64,000 nucleotides of DNA. Origin: an uncultured Verrucomicrobiae bacterium (GTDB taxonomy: Bacteria; Verrucomicrobiota; Verrucomicrobiia; Chthoniobacterales; UBA10450). Position 1 is the first letter of the stretch. Each line of letters starts with the position of its first letter. The notes under the pieces are model-generated. The model searched no databases and was not told the DNA's origin. It saw nothing but the letters and a program-made list of their open reading frames with translations. Positions 48,049 through 57,986 of the stretch are shown one piece after another. Where the stretch lies: contig CAVUMF010000008.1 of assembly GCA_963742545.1 (NCBI GenBank), forward strand, positions 1,085-65,084. The letters run 5' to 3'. A program made the position numbers and the translations under genes.

Positions 48049-48159
48049 AAAACGTTCAACGTTCAACGTTCAACGCTCAACGCTCAACGAAGAGTCGGTG
48101 ACGCGAAGCTCTTCTCCCGTTTGAACGTTGAACGTTGGATGTTGAGCGTTGAACGTTTT
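48049..48159. repeat. hairpin whose arms are tandem heptamers (ACGTTCA)n / (GTTGAAC)n
   Basis: Left arm aaaacgttcaacgttcaacgttcaacgctcaacgctcaacg, right arm cgtttgaacgttgaacgttggatgttgagcgttgaacgtttt, with an inner gaagag/ctcttc stem. Lies between the yqeY-like stop and the ispD start. Confidence 0.8.
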
Positions 48160-48178
48160 CCCCGCTCGTAGGGCTCTC

Positions 48179-48856
48179 ATGCTCACCGCCATTATCGTTG
48201 CCGGTGGCAGCAGCCAGCGCATGGGCTTCGACAAGCTCCTCGCGCCGCTCGCTGGCAAACCGGTCGTCGCGCATTCCATCGCCGCCTTCGAGCAAACGGA
48301 GTCCGTGAGTGGGATCGTGCTTGTGGCGCACGCCGAGCATCTCTCCCAGTACGAACAAGTGGTTCGAAGCCAGGGTCTCCAGAAAGTGATGGCCGTCATC
48401 CCAGGCGGCCTGCGCCGGCAGGATTCCGTCCTGCGTGGTCTCGAGCAAGCGGGCGCCGCGTCCGAGTTTGTCGCCGTGCATGACGCCGCCCGGCCGCTCG
48501 TGAGGCCGGATTTGATCGAACGGATTTTCGAGTTGGCGCGCAGGCATGGCGGGGCCGCTAGCGCAGCGCCGGTGATCGATACGCTAAAGCGCGTCGACGG
48601 CGACAACGTCGTGACTAGCGGCGTGGAGCGGGCGAACCTGTTTGCTGTGCAGACCCCGCAGATTTTCCGCCGGGAGCTGTTGGAAAAGGCTTATCGCGTC
48701 GTTTTCGACGCAGCGATTGAGATCACCGACGAGATCTCCGCGGTCGAGCGGGTCGGGGGCAAGGTGGTTCTCGTGCCCAACGACGAGCCGAACTTCAAGA
48801 TGACCTATCCCTCCGATCTTCCTTTAGCTGAGTTCATCCTCCGCCAGCGGCGCTAG
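48179..48856 (+). CDS. ispD: 2-C-methyl-D-erythritol 4-phosphate cytidylyltransferase
   Basis: AIIVAGGSSQRMG..DKLL, VAVHDAARP, DTLK and QTPQIF motifs. Start set at ATG 48179. Confidence 0.85.
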   Translation: MLTAIIVAGGSSQRMGFDKLLAPLAGKPVVAHSIAAFEQTESVSGIVLVAHAEHLSQYEQVVRSQGLQKVMAVIPGGLRRQDSVLRGLEQAGAASEFVAVHDAARPLVRPDLIERIFELARRHGGAASAAPVIDTLKRVDGDNVVTSGVERANLFAVQTPQIFRRELLEKAYRVVFDAAIEITDEISAVERVGGKVVLVPNDEPNFKMTYPSDLPLAEFILRQRR

Positions 48857-48996
48857 GATCCGCTTTCGGAGGGAAGCGCGCTGGTCGCTCTCCGAATGAC
48901 GTGTCTCTGTCCATAGGAGAGCGGGAAGCCTCTCGGGAAAAGCAAAAGCGGCTGCTCGACGAACAGCCGCTTGCAATCAGACTTTCGAAACAAAAG

Positions 48997-49551
48997 TTAG
49001 GCGAAAACGAAACGCCGGAGCAAGGCGACGCCGGTCAGCGCAATTCCCATCAGCATCACAGTCGCGCCACCTTCTGGAACGGGGGTGTTGGAACCGACAA
49101 AGAGACGTATGGACGAAAGACCACCAAAACCGTTTGGTCCGAGGCCATTGGCTGGGAATGTGTAGTTTCCTGTCATGCCATTAAGATAATAAAATACGAT
49201 TCCACCGCCGTTATCCGCGCCGCCGTTTCCTTTGCCGTAGTGGAGAACGGCGTAATCGAAACCGGTCAAAGATACAGTTCCTGGCGCATAGTCCCCGTAC
49301 CCCGCGGAAACAGCACTAGGATGGCTCGTTGAGGTGAAAGTCGCGTACCTGCCGATGTCGGAGACCAGGCCATTGAAGTTCGTAGTGGGATTGTTATTAC
49401 CGAAGGCCGTGAAGGGGAGGTCTCCAACCAGAGCACTACTAGTAAAGTTGGTGGAAATATTGATCACGGTCGCTTTGGAAAGCGCCGGAAACACGAAACA
49501 AGCGGCAGCGACGAGAACGAGCAGACCGAAATAAGATTTTAGGTTCTTCAC
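48997..49551 (-). CDS. PEP-CTERM sorting domain protein
   Basis: Signal peptide, then a C-terminal VPEGGATVMLMGIALTGVALLRRF (PEP motif, TM helix, basic tail). Confidence 0.75.
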   Translation of the reverse strand: MKNLKSYFGLLVLVAAACFVFPALSKATVINISTNFTSSALVGDLPFTAFGNNNPTTNFNGLVSDIGRYATFTSTSHPSAVSAGYGDYAPGTVSLTGFDYAVLHYGKGNGGADNGGGIVFYYLNGMTGNYTFPANGLGPNGFGGLSSIRLFVGSNTPVPEGGATVMLMGIALTGVALLRRFVFA

Positions 49552-49824
49552 AAATTAATTTTCAATCAGACTTAGCAGGTTCGGTGCCACGCCCAAAATT
49601 CACTTGTATTCAGCGTCAGGACCCAAAGAGAAATAGTTGATACATTGATGTTTAAAAATATTGGGCCAGAAGCCCCATACTCATTTGATCGGACCAATCG
49701 AACTGAGAAAACGTAAGATCCTCCGACGAACTTGACAATCGACCCGTCGAAAGCTTTAAAGGGCGATTGGCGAACACGAAAGGCACCAAGCAATGTCAAC
49801 AGTGATACCTGACCTTCCCCGGTC

Positions 49825-50478
49825 CTAATCGGCGGCAGCGTACTTCGGATCTTTCACTTGCTTGCGCACGACCTCGAAGACCTTGCGGATGCTGACCTGG
49901 CTAAAATGATTCGCGAGGAAGACTGGGACTTTGCCCGCGCTGTCGCTGCAAACCGAGTAGGTGGCCTTCGTTGTCACGGGGCTGGAAGGTTCCAGCAGCC
50001 AGCTTCCCTCACAGACCTTTACCCGAATCACGCCCGGCTTTACCGGGGGACCAAGTTCGTTCGCAATCTGCCATTGGTTCAAGAACGTCAATCCATCGGG
50101 GCTCGCCCAGGATTTTTCCCTTATGCGCAACGTGTAGTCGCGATCGCAAACAATCCTGGGAGAGATGCGCTGGTAGGTCAAAATCGAATCTTCATCGCGC
50201 TTCAGGAGCAGGCACTGGGTCACGTAGGGCATGAAGTCGGGGTAGCTGGCAACATCATCGATGACGGCATGCACTTCGCGGCTGCGAGCCTCGATTTCGC
50301 CAACGGCCCGGAATTCCTCTACCGGGCTGTTCGGATGTGCCCGGCTGTAGATTTTGATGCCGTCGCCTTCACTCGATAATTTCCAACCGTCGGACGCGGC
50401 CACCGAACCGAGTTGATCGGCCATCGCGGGAAGCGCGAGAGCGAACGAAAGGAGGATCAAAGCGGGCCGGCGGCGCAT
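49825..50478 (-). CDS. START/SRPBCC lipid-binding domain protein, secreted
   Basis: Start set at MRRRPALILLSFALALPAMA. W.L....GI.IY....... pattern, DYTLRI and KATYSVCSDSAGKVPVFLAN resemble START-like domains. Confidence 0.55.
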   Translation of the reverse strand: MRRRPALILLSFALALPAMADQLGSVAASDGWKLSSEGDGIKIYSRAHPNSPVEEFRAVGEIEARSREVHAVIDDVASYPDFMPYVTQCLLLKRDEDSILTYQRISPRIVCDRDYTLRIREKSWASPDGLTFLNQWQIANELGPPVKPGVIRVKVCEGSWLLEPSSPVTTKATYSVCSDSAGKVPVFLANHFSQVSIRKVFEVVRKQVKDPKYAAAD

Positions 50479-50610
50479 GGAGCGTTGCAGTCTGCACCAA
50501 AATGCGGACGAATCACGAAGAAGTTTGCGGGGAAAATAGGCCAGGGCACGAACTCTGGGGCTCCTGCCGGCGCGGCCCTCGCCGCAAATTTTCTGTGAGG
50601 CTGGTGCCAC

Positions 50611-51327
50611 TTGAGCTATCGGTGGGCGGTGAAAAGTTGGTGCTATTTTGCGACGCGGAAGTCCCTGCAGGTGTTTTCGTGTTCGTTCGTGCGCTTGCAA
50701 ATCTGGCCCGCCCCGGGCGCCGCGGAACCTATCGGTGCCGCCGTTTTGGTCGCCAATCATATTTCGCATTTTGATCCTCTCTATCTCGCGTTCGCCTTCA
50801 GGCGGGTAATTGACTGGATGACGACCGCGGAATTCTACGCCAACCCATTGACGGGGGCCTGGCTTCGCGCAGTTAATACCTTCCCCGTCGATCGTTCGCG
50901 GCCGGACCGCCGCGCGTTGCGTGTCGGGGTGGAACGGCTGCGTGCCGGGCGGATGGTGGGGATGTTTCCAGAAGGCGGCATTCGGGCAGGCGCTTGCTCC
51001 ATGCTGGAAGGGGCCGCACCGAAGAGCGGCGCGACGGCTCTGGCGAGATTGGCGGGCGCTCCGATCATTCCGTGTATTGTGCTCGGTACCGACCGCCTTT
51101 ACGCGAAGCGCAGTTGGCGGCCCGGTCCTCCGCGCACTCCGGTCTGGGTGACGGTCGGTGCGCCGTTCTCGGTGACGGGTTTGAAGAGCGACGAAGCGGA
51201 TGCGCGCATGGCAGACATTGTGCGGGATTTATACACGTCGACCATCGCCCACTTTTCGCTCGGGCCCGATGATCTGCCGACGACGCCCCAAAAACGCAAG
51301 GGACGGGACGCAAAAGCGCCTGGCTAA
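50611..51327 (+). CDS. lysophospholipid (1-acyl-sn-glycerol-3-phosphate) acyltransferase
   Basis: ANHISHFD (HxxxxD) and MFPEGG motifs. TTG start. Confidence 0.75.
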   Translation: MSYRWAVKSWCYFATRKSLQVFSCSFVRLQIWPAPGAAEPIGAAVLVANHISHFDPLYLAFAFRRVIDWMTTAEFYANPLTGAWLRAVNTFPVDRSRPDRRALRVGVERLRAGRMVGMFPEGGIRAGACSMLEGAAPKSGATALARLAGAPIIPCIVLGTDRLYAKRSWRPGPPRTPVWVTVGAPFSVTGLKSDEADARMADIVRDLYTSTIAHFSLGPDDLPTTPQKRKGRDAKAPG

Positions 51328-51333
51328 ACGAAT

Positions 51334-52323
51334 ATGAAATCGTTCCTTCATCGCAGTCTCGGGCTGGCGGTCGATCAAGTGTTGTGCGGCACCCTGGCCC
51401 TGCTCCACCGCCGACATGCCGGCCGCGTCTCGACCCGCGATGCGGCCGAAAAATACTTTGCCGCCTGCGAACGACAGACGCGAGCCGAGTATTTCGCGCT
51501 GCCGTCGGCGATGGAGGACCTTCGCGAGCTCGCGCCTGACATCATTACCTGGCGGAGTCCGGCTGCATCGGTCGCCGAATTTCCCGTCAATGGGCGCGCG
51601 CGCGTCGTCCTTTATCGGGTGCGCCCAGATGCGCCGACCGTCATTATGTTGCACGCCTTGATGTCAGTCTCGGATGCCGGCTACGTCCGCTGGGCGCAGC
51701 GCTTCAACGCGGCCGGTTGGAATGCCGCATTTGTGCATCTCCCGTTTCATTATTCACGCCGGCCGCGGGGACATCTCAATGGCGAGCTGTGCTTCACGGC
51801 CGATCTCGGCCTGATCGGCGATACGATGCGACAGGCGGTGGTGGAGATTCGGCAGCTCCTGACGTGGTTGCGCGCGCAAGGCACGAAGGAGTTTGGGTTG
51901 CTTGGAACCAGCTATGGCGGCTGGATTGCCGCTCTGCTCGCGTCGCTCGAGCCGGATCTAAGGTTTCTCGGGCTGCTCGCCCCGATGGTAAACATCGGCC
52001 ATGCGTTGTTTGAGGGTCCGACCAGTTGGGCGCTGCGCGCGCATCTGGCGCGGGCCGGTCTTGACCGGGCACTGGTAGATCGCCACGCACACCTCTCCTC
52101 GCCGCTGCGAGCACGTCCCGCGGGCGACGTCGCAGAGCGAACGGTCATTATCGGTGGCGCCTTCGATCGCATTGCGCGGTTGAGCGATCTCGCGATGTTG
52201 CGCGATGCCTGGCCGGGCTCGGAGCTGGTCACCGTGCCGCATGCACATTTCGGCTACGGCATGATCCCGCTGGCGTTGGAGTGGTTGGAAACGCGCGGTC
52301 TGGTAGTGCGTGCCAGCAATTAA
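51334..52323 (+). CDS. alpha/beta hydrolase
   Basis: GTSYGGW nucleophile elbow. 329 aa. Confidence 0.6.
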   Translation: MKSFLHRSLGLAVDQVLCGTLALLHRRHAGRVSTRDAAEKYFAACERQTRAEYFALPSAMEDLRELAPDIITWRSPAASVAEFPVNGRARVVLYRVRPDAPTVIMLHALMSVSDAGYVRWAQRFNAAGWNAAFVHLPFHYSRRPRGHLNGELCFTADLGLIGDTMRQAVVEIRQLLTWLRAQGTKEFGLLGTSYGGWIAALLASLEPDLRFLGLLAPMVNIGHALFEGPTSWALRAHLARAGLDRALVDRHAHLSSPLRARPAGDVAERTVIIGGAFDRIARLSDLAMLRDAWPGSELVTVPHAHFGYGMIPLALEWLETRGLVVRASN

Positions 52324-52358
52324 TCGGGCCGACAGGGCGAATGCAGAAGCGGCCGATT

Positions 52359-53369
52359 TCAAACACTCCGCGATTTCATCTGGCTTGGCTGATCGCCCCA
52401 CTCGCTTTGAATCAAAGGGAGGAGGCCCTCTACGTCTGCGGGCTTGAATAAACGGCTCTTGCTGCGTCTGGCGGGCGCGGTGAGATCGCGCACCCGCAGA
52501 ATCTCTCCGTTTTTCCAGACCCAGGCGTCTTCGTTGTATGGGCCGACTTTGCGTGGATCGCTCCAGGTGTGGATTGAGACCAGCCGATCGGTCAGCGCAG
52601 CAGCGATGTGCATGGGGCCGCTATCGACGCTGATCGTGAAACGCGCCCGGCGGATCAGCCAGACGAGTTGCAGGACGGTGGTGTGATTGAGCAGGTTGAC
52701 GCAGTTATCCGGCATCGCGATTTCGCGCTTCTTCAGCCCGACGAGTACGACACGATGCGGGGCGAGCGCGTGGCAGAATTCTTCCACCGCCAGTCGGCTG
52801 AGCGATTTGCGCCGCCCGCGAGCGAAAGGATGGAGCAGGACAAAAGGCGTGTCCTCATCGAAGCGCGCAATGGAATCACCGCTTGGCAACGGAAAGCAGA
52901 GCGGACGCGTCACTGGCACACCGAAAACCTCGACAAGCTTGAGGTAGCGTTCGACAGCGTGCACGTCGCGGTCGACCTGCGCGGTGTGCTGATAGAAAAG
53001 ATGCGCGCCTTCCCGGGCATCGCTCATGCCGTAGAACTCGCGCGGATGACTCATCTTCCCGATGAGCGCACTCCGGAGCAGGCCTTGAAAATCGAGCGCC
53101 ACGTCCGGTTGCAGCCGCGCGGTCTGCCGCAGCCAGGGGAGAAGATGCTTCGACATCCCAAAGCCGCCGAGGTCGCCCCGGGGGAAAATGTGGACATGGT
53201 CGACACTTCGGTTGCCGCGCAGAAGGGGCGCCCATTCCGGGTTGATGACCCAGGTGATCTCAGCCTCGGGATACGCGTCGCGGATCAACGCCGCCGACGG
53301 CAGGGTATGGACAATATCGCCTAACGAACTCGGCTTGATAATGAGGATGGAGGAAATTACCGATTTCAA
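52359..53369 (-). CDS. glycosyltransferase family 9 (heptosyltransferase-like)
   Basis: ILIIKPSSLGDIVHTLP, VDSGPMHIAAAL. 336 aa. Confidence 0.8.
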   Translation of the reverse strand: MKSVISSILIIKPSSLGDIVHTLPSAALIRDAYPEAEITWVINPEWAPLLRGNRSVDHVHIFPRGDLGGFGMSKHLLPWLRQTARLQPDVALDFQGLLRSALIGKMSHPREFYGMSDAREGAHLFYQHTAQVDRDVHAVERYLKLVEVFGVPVTRPLCFPLPSGDSIARFDEDTPFVLLHPFARGRRKSLSRLAVEEFCHALAPHRVVLVGLKKREIAMPDNCVNLLNHTTVLQLVWLIRRARFTISVDSGPMHIAAALTDRLVSIHTWSDPRKVGPYNEDAWVWKNGEILRVRDLTAPARRSKSRLFKPADVEGLLPLIQSEWGDQPSQMKSRSV

Positions 53370-53464
53370 GTCAGACAGGATTTCAGGATTGTCGCGATTC
53401 GAATCAGATACGGGCTCGGTTCAATTTCTGACCCGGCAGATCCTGTTAATCATGTCTCATCCTT

Positions 53465-54187
53465 CTAACGTCCCACGGCGAGGCGGGCGGCGAGGCGATC
53501 GGGCAGGCCGGCTGCGAGAATTTTTCGCTGCGCGGTCTCGAGATCGTATTTCACCCGGCGTTGCTCAACGACCTGGCGTTCGACGTCGTAGATGCCGTAG
53601 GCGGCGCGCCAATCGCGGTCGCGCGGCTGGCCGATGCTGCCGGGGTTAATGAAATATTTCTTCCCCGCGTCGAGCACGATCTGCCCGACGGTGATGCGAT
53701 GCACGTTATCGTCACACACAAAGGCGGTCGGCCAATGGGTATGACCGAAAAAGCAGAGCGGCGTGTGCTGGCAGGTGAAGCTCGCGATGGCATCGAGATC
53801 GTTGAAGACATAGCCCCATCGCTCCGGCGTATCGAGAGTTGCGTGCACGATGGTGAAGTCACCCACCAGTCTCGTCAGGCGCAACTCGGATAGCCAGGCC
53901 TTGTCGTCGGCGGAAAGATGTTCGCGCGTCCAATCGATCGCCTCCTCGGCCAATTCGTTGAAGCTCTCGGTCGGGGCAACAATCGAGGCCTGCTCATCGT
54001 GATTTCCCTTCACCACCGGGCAATCGAGTTCACGGATGCGCTGCACGCATTCGCTTGGATTGGCGTTATAGCCGACGACGTCGCCAAGGCAGACGAAATG
54101 CGTGCAGGACTGGGCGCGCGCGTCTGCCAGCACGGCATCGAGCGCTTCGAGGTTTGCGTGGATGTCACTGAGGATGGCGTACCGCAT
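53465..54187 (-). CDS. metallophosphoesterase family protein
   Basis: SDIHAN, GDVVGYN, GNHD and FGHTH motifs. Confidence 0.8.
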   Translation of the reverse strand: MRYAILSDIHANLEALDAVLADARAQSCTHFVCLGDVVGYNANPSECVQRIRELDCPVVKGNHDEQASIVAPTESFNELAEEAIDWTREHLSADDKAWLSELRLTRLVGDFTIVHATLDTPERWGYVFNDLDAIASFTCQHTPLCFFGHTHWPTAFVCDDNVHRITVGQIVLDAGKKYFINPGSIGQPRDRDWRAAYGIYDVERQVVEQRRVKYDLETAQRKILAAGLPDRLAARLAVGR

Positions 54188-54198
54188 CGATCGAAAGG

Positions 54199-54957
54199 TT
54201 ACATTTGTCTATCGGGAATGCGTTCTTGCAACGGGATATCGAGTTTTTCTTCGAGAAATTCCAGGCGTTTGAGCAGGGTCGGCAGGCGCTCGCGCTCGCC
54301 CCGGTCGTAGAGCTCGCGGAGAGCCTCGTAGGCCTTGCGCTCGCGTCCCGGCACATAGGAAAGCTCGTAGGCTGCGAAGCGTTTGTCATATTCCGGCGCG
54401 CCGGGGAGTGATGCCGCCTGTGCGTAGTAATGAGCAGCGGCCGCGTGATCGTTGAGTTTCTCCCGGCAGAGGCGGGCGAGTGATTCGTAGAGCTGCGGGC
54501 GGTCAGGGTTGTTCTGAATTCCGCGTTCAAGGAAATCTTTTCCGAGGGCAAGATACCCGCGCTGCGCCTCGCGGCGCAGGGCCTCGTTAGGCTTGGAAGG
54601 ATCACTCATTGCGGCCGCGCTCGCATTCCAGGCCATGTGCCAGGCGGCCATGTCCCAGAAGAGGATGGAGCGCGGCTGGAGCGTTGTCGCTTCACGAAAG
54701 AGGAGAAGCACGCGGCCCCACTGCGTCCGTTCCCAGGCGACATGCGCCTGAATGAAAACGAAATCCGCGACTACTGACCGAAAGCCGCTCAAGGCCGCGA
54801 GAAAACCGAGCTGTCCAAGTTGCTCGCGCAGATCGAGGCCAAGCTGCGCCTGGTGGAAATAGGCCCTCCGATGGTCGGCGGTCAGAGCCGACTCGATCGG
54901 CAGGCGGAGGGCGCCGAAGGCAAGGACAAGAAAGGCGACGATAGCTCCGCGAATCAT
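54199..54957 (-). CDS. TPR-like membrane-anchored protein
   Basis: N-terminal TM helix followed by helical repeats (YYAQAASLPGAPEY...). Start set at the ATG abutting the upstream permease stop. Confidence 0.45.
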   Translation of the reverse strand: MIRGAIVAFLVLAFGALRLPIESALTADHRRAYFHQAQLGLDLREQLGQLGFLAALSGFRSVVADFVFIQAHVAWERTQWGRVLLLFREATTLQPRSILFWDMAAWHMAWNASAAAMSDPSKPNEALRREAQRGYLALGKDFLERGIQNNPDRPQLYESLARLCREKLNDHAAAAHYYAQAASLPGAPEYDKRFAAYELSYVPGRERKAYEALRELYDRGERERLPTLLKRLEFLEEKLDIPLQERIPDRQM

Positions 54958-55868
54958 AATTCTCTTCCGTGAAAAGCGACCCAGGCAAAGAAAAGATAGA
55001 CCGAAACGTAGATGCAACCCAGCACCGCCGTCTGGGCGAAAAGCGCCATCGGGATCGGAACGCCGGCGACGATGCCGTCGATGAGATTGAAGAGTTGCAG
55101 ATCAGGGAAGACGAGAGCGGCAAAACCAAGAGAGATGTGCGCGAGCCAGCCGCCGCTTTGTGCCTGCAGCCAATAAGCACGCGCCGTTGCCTGAAGATGT
55201 CCGATGAAATATACGAAAACCATCACCACGATGGTGAAGATGTTTGAGGTTGCGAAGGTGGAGACGAAAAGGGTGAGCGAAGCGAGCAGCGCGGCCTTGA
55301 GATAGATCAGCACAATGCCCGGGAGCAGGTTGGCGTTGAAAGCAGAAGCCTTCAGACTGCGGATCGCGGCCTCGACCTGCCCGGGAGAAAGCGCGGCGCC
55401 GGAGCGCAGCGTCTCACCCAGGAGGATTTGCTCCCTAACGAAAAGCAGGCCGAGAAAAAGCGCGCTCATTGCGAGGACGCTGAACGCGAGAAGGAGAAGC
55501 ACGCCGGCCAGCTTGCCGATGAGATATTCGTAACGCGGGACTGGTTTGGCGAGAATGGTGTAGATAGTACGCTCCTCGAGGTCGCGCGGAATGAGCTGGG
55601 CCGTGGCTGCGATCGCGAGGAGCGAGCTGAAGATGCTCATCGCGCCTAACGAAACGTCCTTCAGGATTTGAAATTCTTCCTGGAAAGCAAGCCGCGCCAT
55701 GAAAGCTGAGCTGCCGATCAGGAGGAGGCCGAAGAGGAGCAGGAAATAAAAGAGCTTTAGCCTGACGAGTCCGGTAAAGGTGTTGCCGGTGAGAGCCGCG
55801 ACCCGGGCGACGGAAAACGAACGGTGTTTCACTTCAGGCTGGAAGAGGCGGGTTGCAGCGGATCTCAT
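54954..55868 (-). CDS. ABC-2 type transporter permease
   Basis: 304-aa, 6-TM ORF immediately downstream of an ABC ATPase, with a 4-nt overlap. Confidence 0.65.
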   Translation of the reverse strand: MRSAATRLFQPEVKHRSFSVARVAALTGNTFTGLVRLKLFYFLLLFGLLLIGSSAFMARLAFQEEFQILKDVSLGAMSIFSSLLAIAATAQLIPRDLEERTIYTILAKPVPRYEYLIGKLAGVLLLLAFSVLAMSALFLGLLFVREQILLGETLRSGAALSPGQVEAAIRSLKASAFNANLLPGIVLIYLKAALLASLTLFVSTFATSNIFTIVVMVFVYFIGHLQATARAYWLQAQSGGWLAHISLGFAALVFPDLQLFNLIDGIVAGVPIPMALFAQTAVLGCIYVSVYLFFAWVAFHGREL

Positions 55869-56719
55869 TTCTCTTCGGCGGATCTGGTCGCTTCCAGGAA
55901 CAGTTCCTCGAGCGTGGCCCGGGACTGGCGCTGCGCCACGAGGCGGGCGCTGGATTTGGCAAGGAGCGCTCCAATTTTGGCCAGAACCTCCGGGGTGGTG
56001 TTTTCCAGGATCAGCTCGGTTTGGTTTTCGATCGCGAGCAACTCATCCACCGATCCCTCCTTGACGAGAACGCCCTGCGCCAGGATACCGACGCGATCGC
56101 AGACTTCCTGTACCTGAGCGAGGAGATGAGAGGAAAGCAGCACAGTGATACCGCAGTTTTTCAGGTCGAGGATCAGGTCGCGAATTTCGGCCGAGCCCTC
56201 GGGATCGACGCCCGCGGTCGGCTCGTCCAGCACGATGAGTCTCGGTTCCTGGATGAGCGCCTGCGCGAGGCCGATCCGCTGCAGCATCCCCTTGGAATAA
56301 GTGCCGAGCCGGCGGTCCCGCGCGTCCTCCAGCCTAACGAGAGCGAGTAACTCGTTGGTGCGCGCTCGCAAATGCTGCCCGCCCAAGCCGCAGAGTTTTC
56401 CGTAGAAATGAAGCGTCTCTGTGCCGGTGAGGTATTTGTAAAAATAAGGACTCTCCGGCAGGAAACCGACCGCTTCGCGACTGCTCACTTCCCGGCTGTC
56501 GCGGCCGAAAATCCTGGTCGTGCCGGCGGTCGGCGAGACGAGGCCGAGGATGATCTTGAGAGTCGTGCTTTTGCCCGATCCGTTAGGGCCGAGCAGGCCG
56601 TAAACCTGGCCGGACGCCACCTCCAGGTTCAGCCCGCGGAGCGCGACTACTCCGGCCCGGCGAAACGGGATCGGGAAAACCTTCCTGAGTCCGCGGACCG
56701 CAACCGCCGGCTCAATCAT
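55865..56719 (-). CDS. ABC transporter ATP-binding protein
   Basis: Walker A GPNGSGKST, signature YSKGMLQR, Walker B LIVLDEPTAG. Start set at MIEPAV. Confidence 0.85.
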   Translation of the reverse strand: MIEPAVAVRGLRKVFPIPFRRAGVVALRGLNLEVASGQVYGLLGPNGSGKSTTLKIILGLVSPTAGTTRIFGRDSREVSSREAVGFLPESPYFYKYLTGTETLHFYGKLCGLGGQHLRARTNELLALVRLEDARDRRLGTYSKGMLQRIGLAQALIQEPRLIVLDEPTAGVDPEGSAEIRDLILDLKNCGITVLLSSHLLAQVQEVCDRVGILAQGVLVKEGSVDELLAIENQTELILENTTPEVLAKIGALLAKSSARLVAQRQSRATLEELFLEATRSAEEK

Positions 56720-56987
56720 GGCGAATCGCGAATCCGTGCGCTTGCGGCGGTTGAGGGAGGAGCGACTCCGTTTGTTTGCGAATGTGTGCGCGCAGTCCGC
56801 TCTGCCCGATCGCGTCAACGAAGGCGCGGACTTCGCTTTCCTCGCCCGTCGTCTGCATTTCGACTCGACCGTCCGGCAGGTTGCGCACCCAGCCGGTGAC
56901 GTCGAAGCCCTTGGCCACATGTTTGACCGACCAGCGAAAGCCAACACCCTGAACGCTGCCTTCAAAGAGAATCTGGAGCGAAAACAT
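56712..56987 (-). CDS. acylphosphatase
   Basis: GSVQGVGFRWSV...TGWVRNLPDGRVE signature. The start could also be the ATG at 57029. Confidence 0.75.
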   Translation of the reverse strand: MFSLQILFEGSVQGVGFRWSVKHVAKGFDVTGWVRNLPDGRVEMQTTGEESEVRAFVDAIGQSGLRAHIRKQTESLLPQPPQAHGFAIRHD

Positions 56988-57025
56988 AGGCCGGTCCGGC
57001 AATCGTAAGCGCCCCCGCTGCTTTG

Positions 57026-57540
57026 TCATCCGTGGAATGAGCGGATGGTCGCTTTAGGTTGGGCAACGTTTTCGCCTAACGAGATGCCTGGGTCGGCCCG
57101 CTCCTGGCAATAGAAAATCGGCGTCGGACTCGCATCCGACAACGGCTCGGTGGGCGCGATGAGGCGCGGATCATTCGAGTCGAGCTGGAATTCTTCAGAA
57201 TGGCTGGCGAGGACGGGCGGCGCCGATGGTGGCGCCAGCTTCTCAGCGACCAGGGTGGCCGCGGTCGGCGGGATATCTTCATTCGCTACGTAGTCGCTCT
57301 CGCCATCCCACCGTTGCACTTTCATGTAGCCGAAGGAAGGCCGGATGACTTTCATGATCGAATCCCTCGGCAATTGGGAGTTGGGTCCGTTGCCCTGTTG
57401 CGGACCGTAGTGGCAAAACGGGTTTGCGGAGTTACGACAGAATACCAGCCGCCGGTCTTGCCGGAGAATACGCCAGTCTTGCCTGACGAAGCGCAGCCGA
57501 ATGCGAGGAGCGCCATGGCCGCAAAGAGAGGGAAGGAGAG
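57026..57540 (-). CDS. hypothetical protein with SH3-like segment; start or frame uncertain
   Basis: FCHYGPQQGNGPNSQLPRDSIMKVIRPSFGYMKVQRWDGESDYVANEDI looks like a bacterial SH3-type segment. A lipoprotein-like signal (LLAFGCASSGK) sits upstream in a different frame. Confidence 0.35.
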
Positions 57541-57545
57541 AAGTG

Positions 57546-57986
57546 CTACTTGTAGCTATAAACGAAACACATTCCTGCCGCCTCGCCCTCGCCCAGGCGG
57601 ACACGGATGAAGTATTCGCCGCTGCTGGTCACCGAAAGACCAGCCGCCACTTTTGTGCCGGAGTCATATTTTTCTGCCGCTACCGGCGCCCCAGTCTCGT
57701 CGAAAACCGCGATTGAAACCTTTTTCGCCTTGTCGGTTGCGCCGGCGCAAAACCAGTACTGGTTTCCGGAATAAAGGTTGACCGCGATCAGCTTGCTCTC
57801 GTTAGGCGCGAGGGTCCCCGCCCAGTGTCCGTCCCGCAGCTTGAAGCCATCGTTGGAAAACGCGCCCGCCAGATCGAGCGCCACCTCGCGCGCAGCAACT
57901 TCCTGGTTGGTCTCGGCCAGCACCGGACAGGCGAGGGTCAGCGCGATGAGAGTTGTCAGGCAATAACGTGACCAGCGCGGCATCAT
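57546..57986 (-). CDS. hypothetical secreted protein
   Basis: 146-aa ORF with signal peptide CLTTLIALTLACPVLA. No family recognised. Confidence 0.5.
   Translation of the reverse strand: MMPRWSRYCLTTLIALTLACPVLAETNQEVAAREVALDLAGAFSNDGFKLRDGHWAGTLAPNESKLIAVNLYSGNQYWFCAGATDKAKKVSIAVFDETGAPVAAEKYDSGTKVAAGLSVTSSGEYFIRVRLGEGEAAGMCFVYSYK

Noticed and set aside
48049-48159. CRISPR-like array (also considered for 61672-61752)
   Set aside because: The units are only 7 nt long, contiguous without spacers, and arranged as inverted arms. No cas genes are present.
48070-48606. 178-aa minus-strand ORF opposite ispD that starts in the heptamer hairpin
   Set aside because: It is antisense to a clear IspD frame, and its N-terminus is simply the translated repeat.
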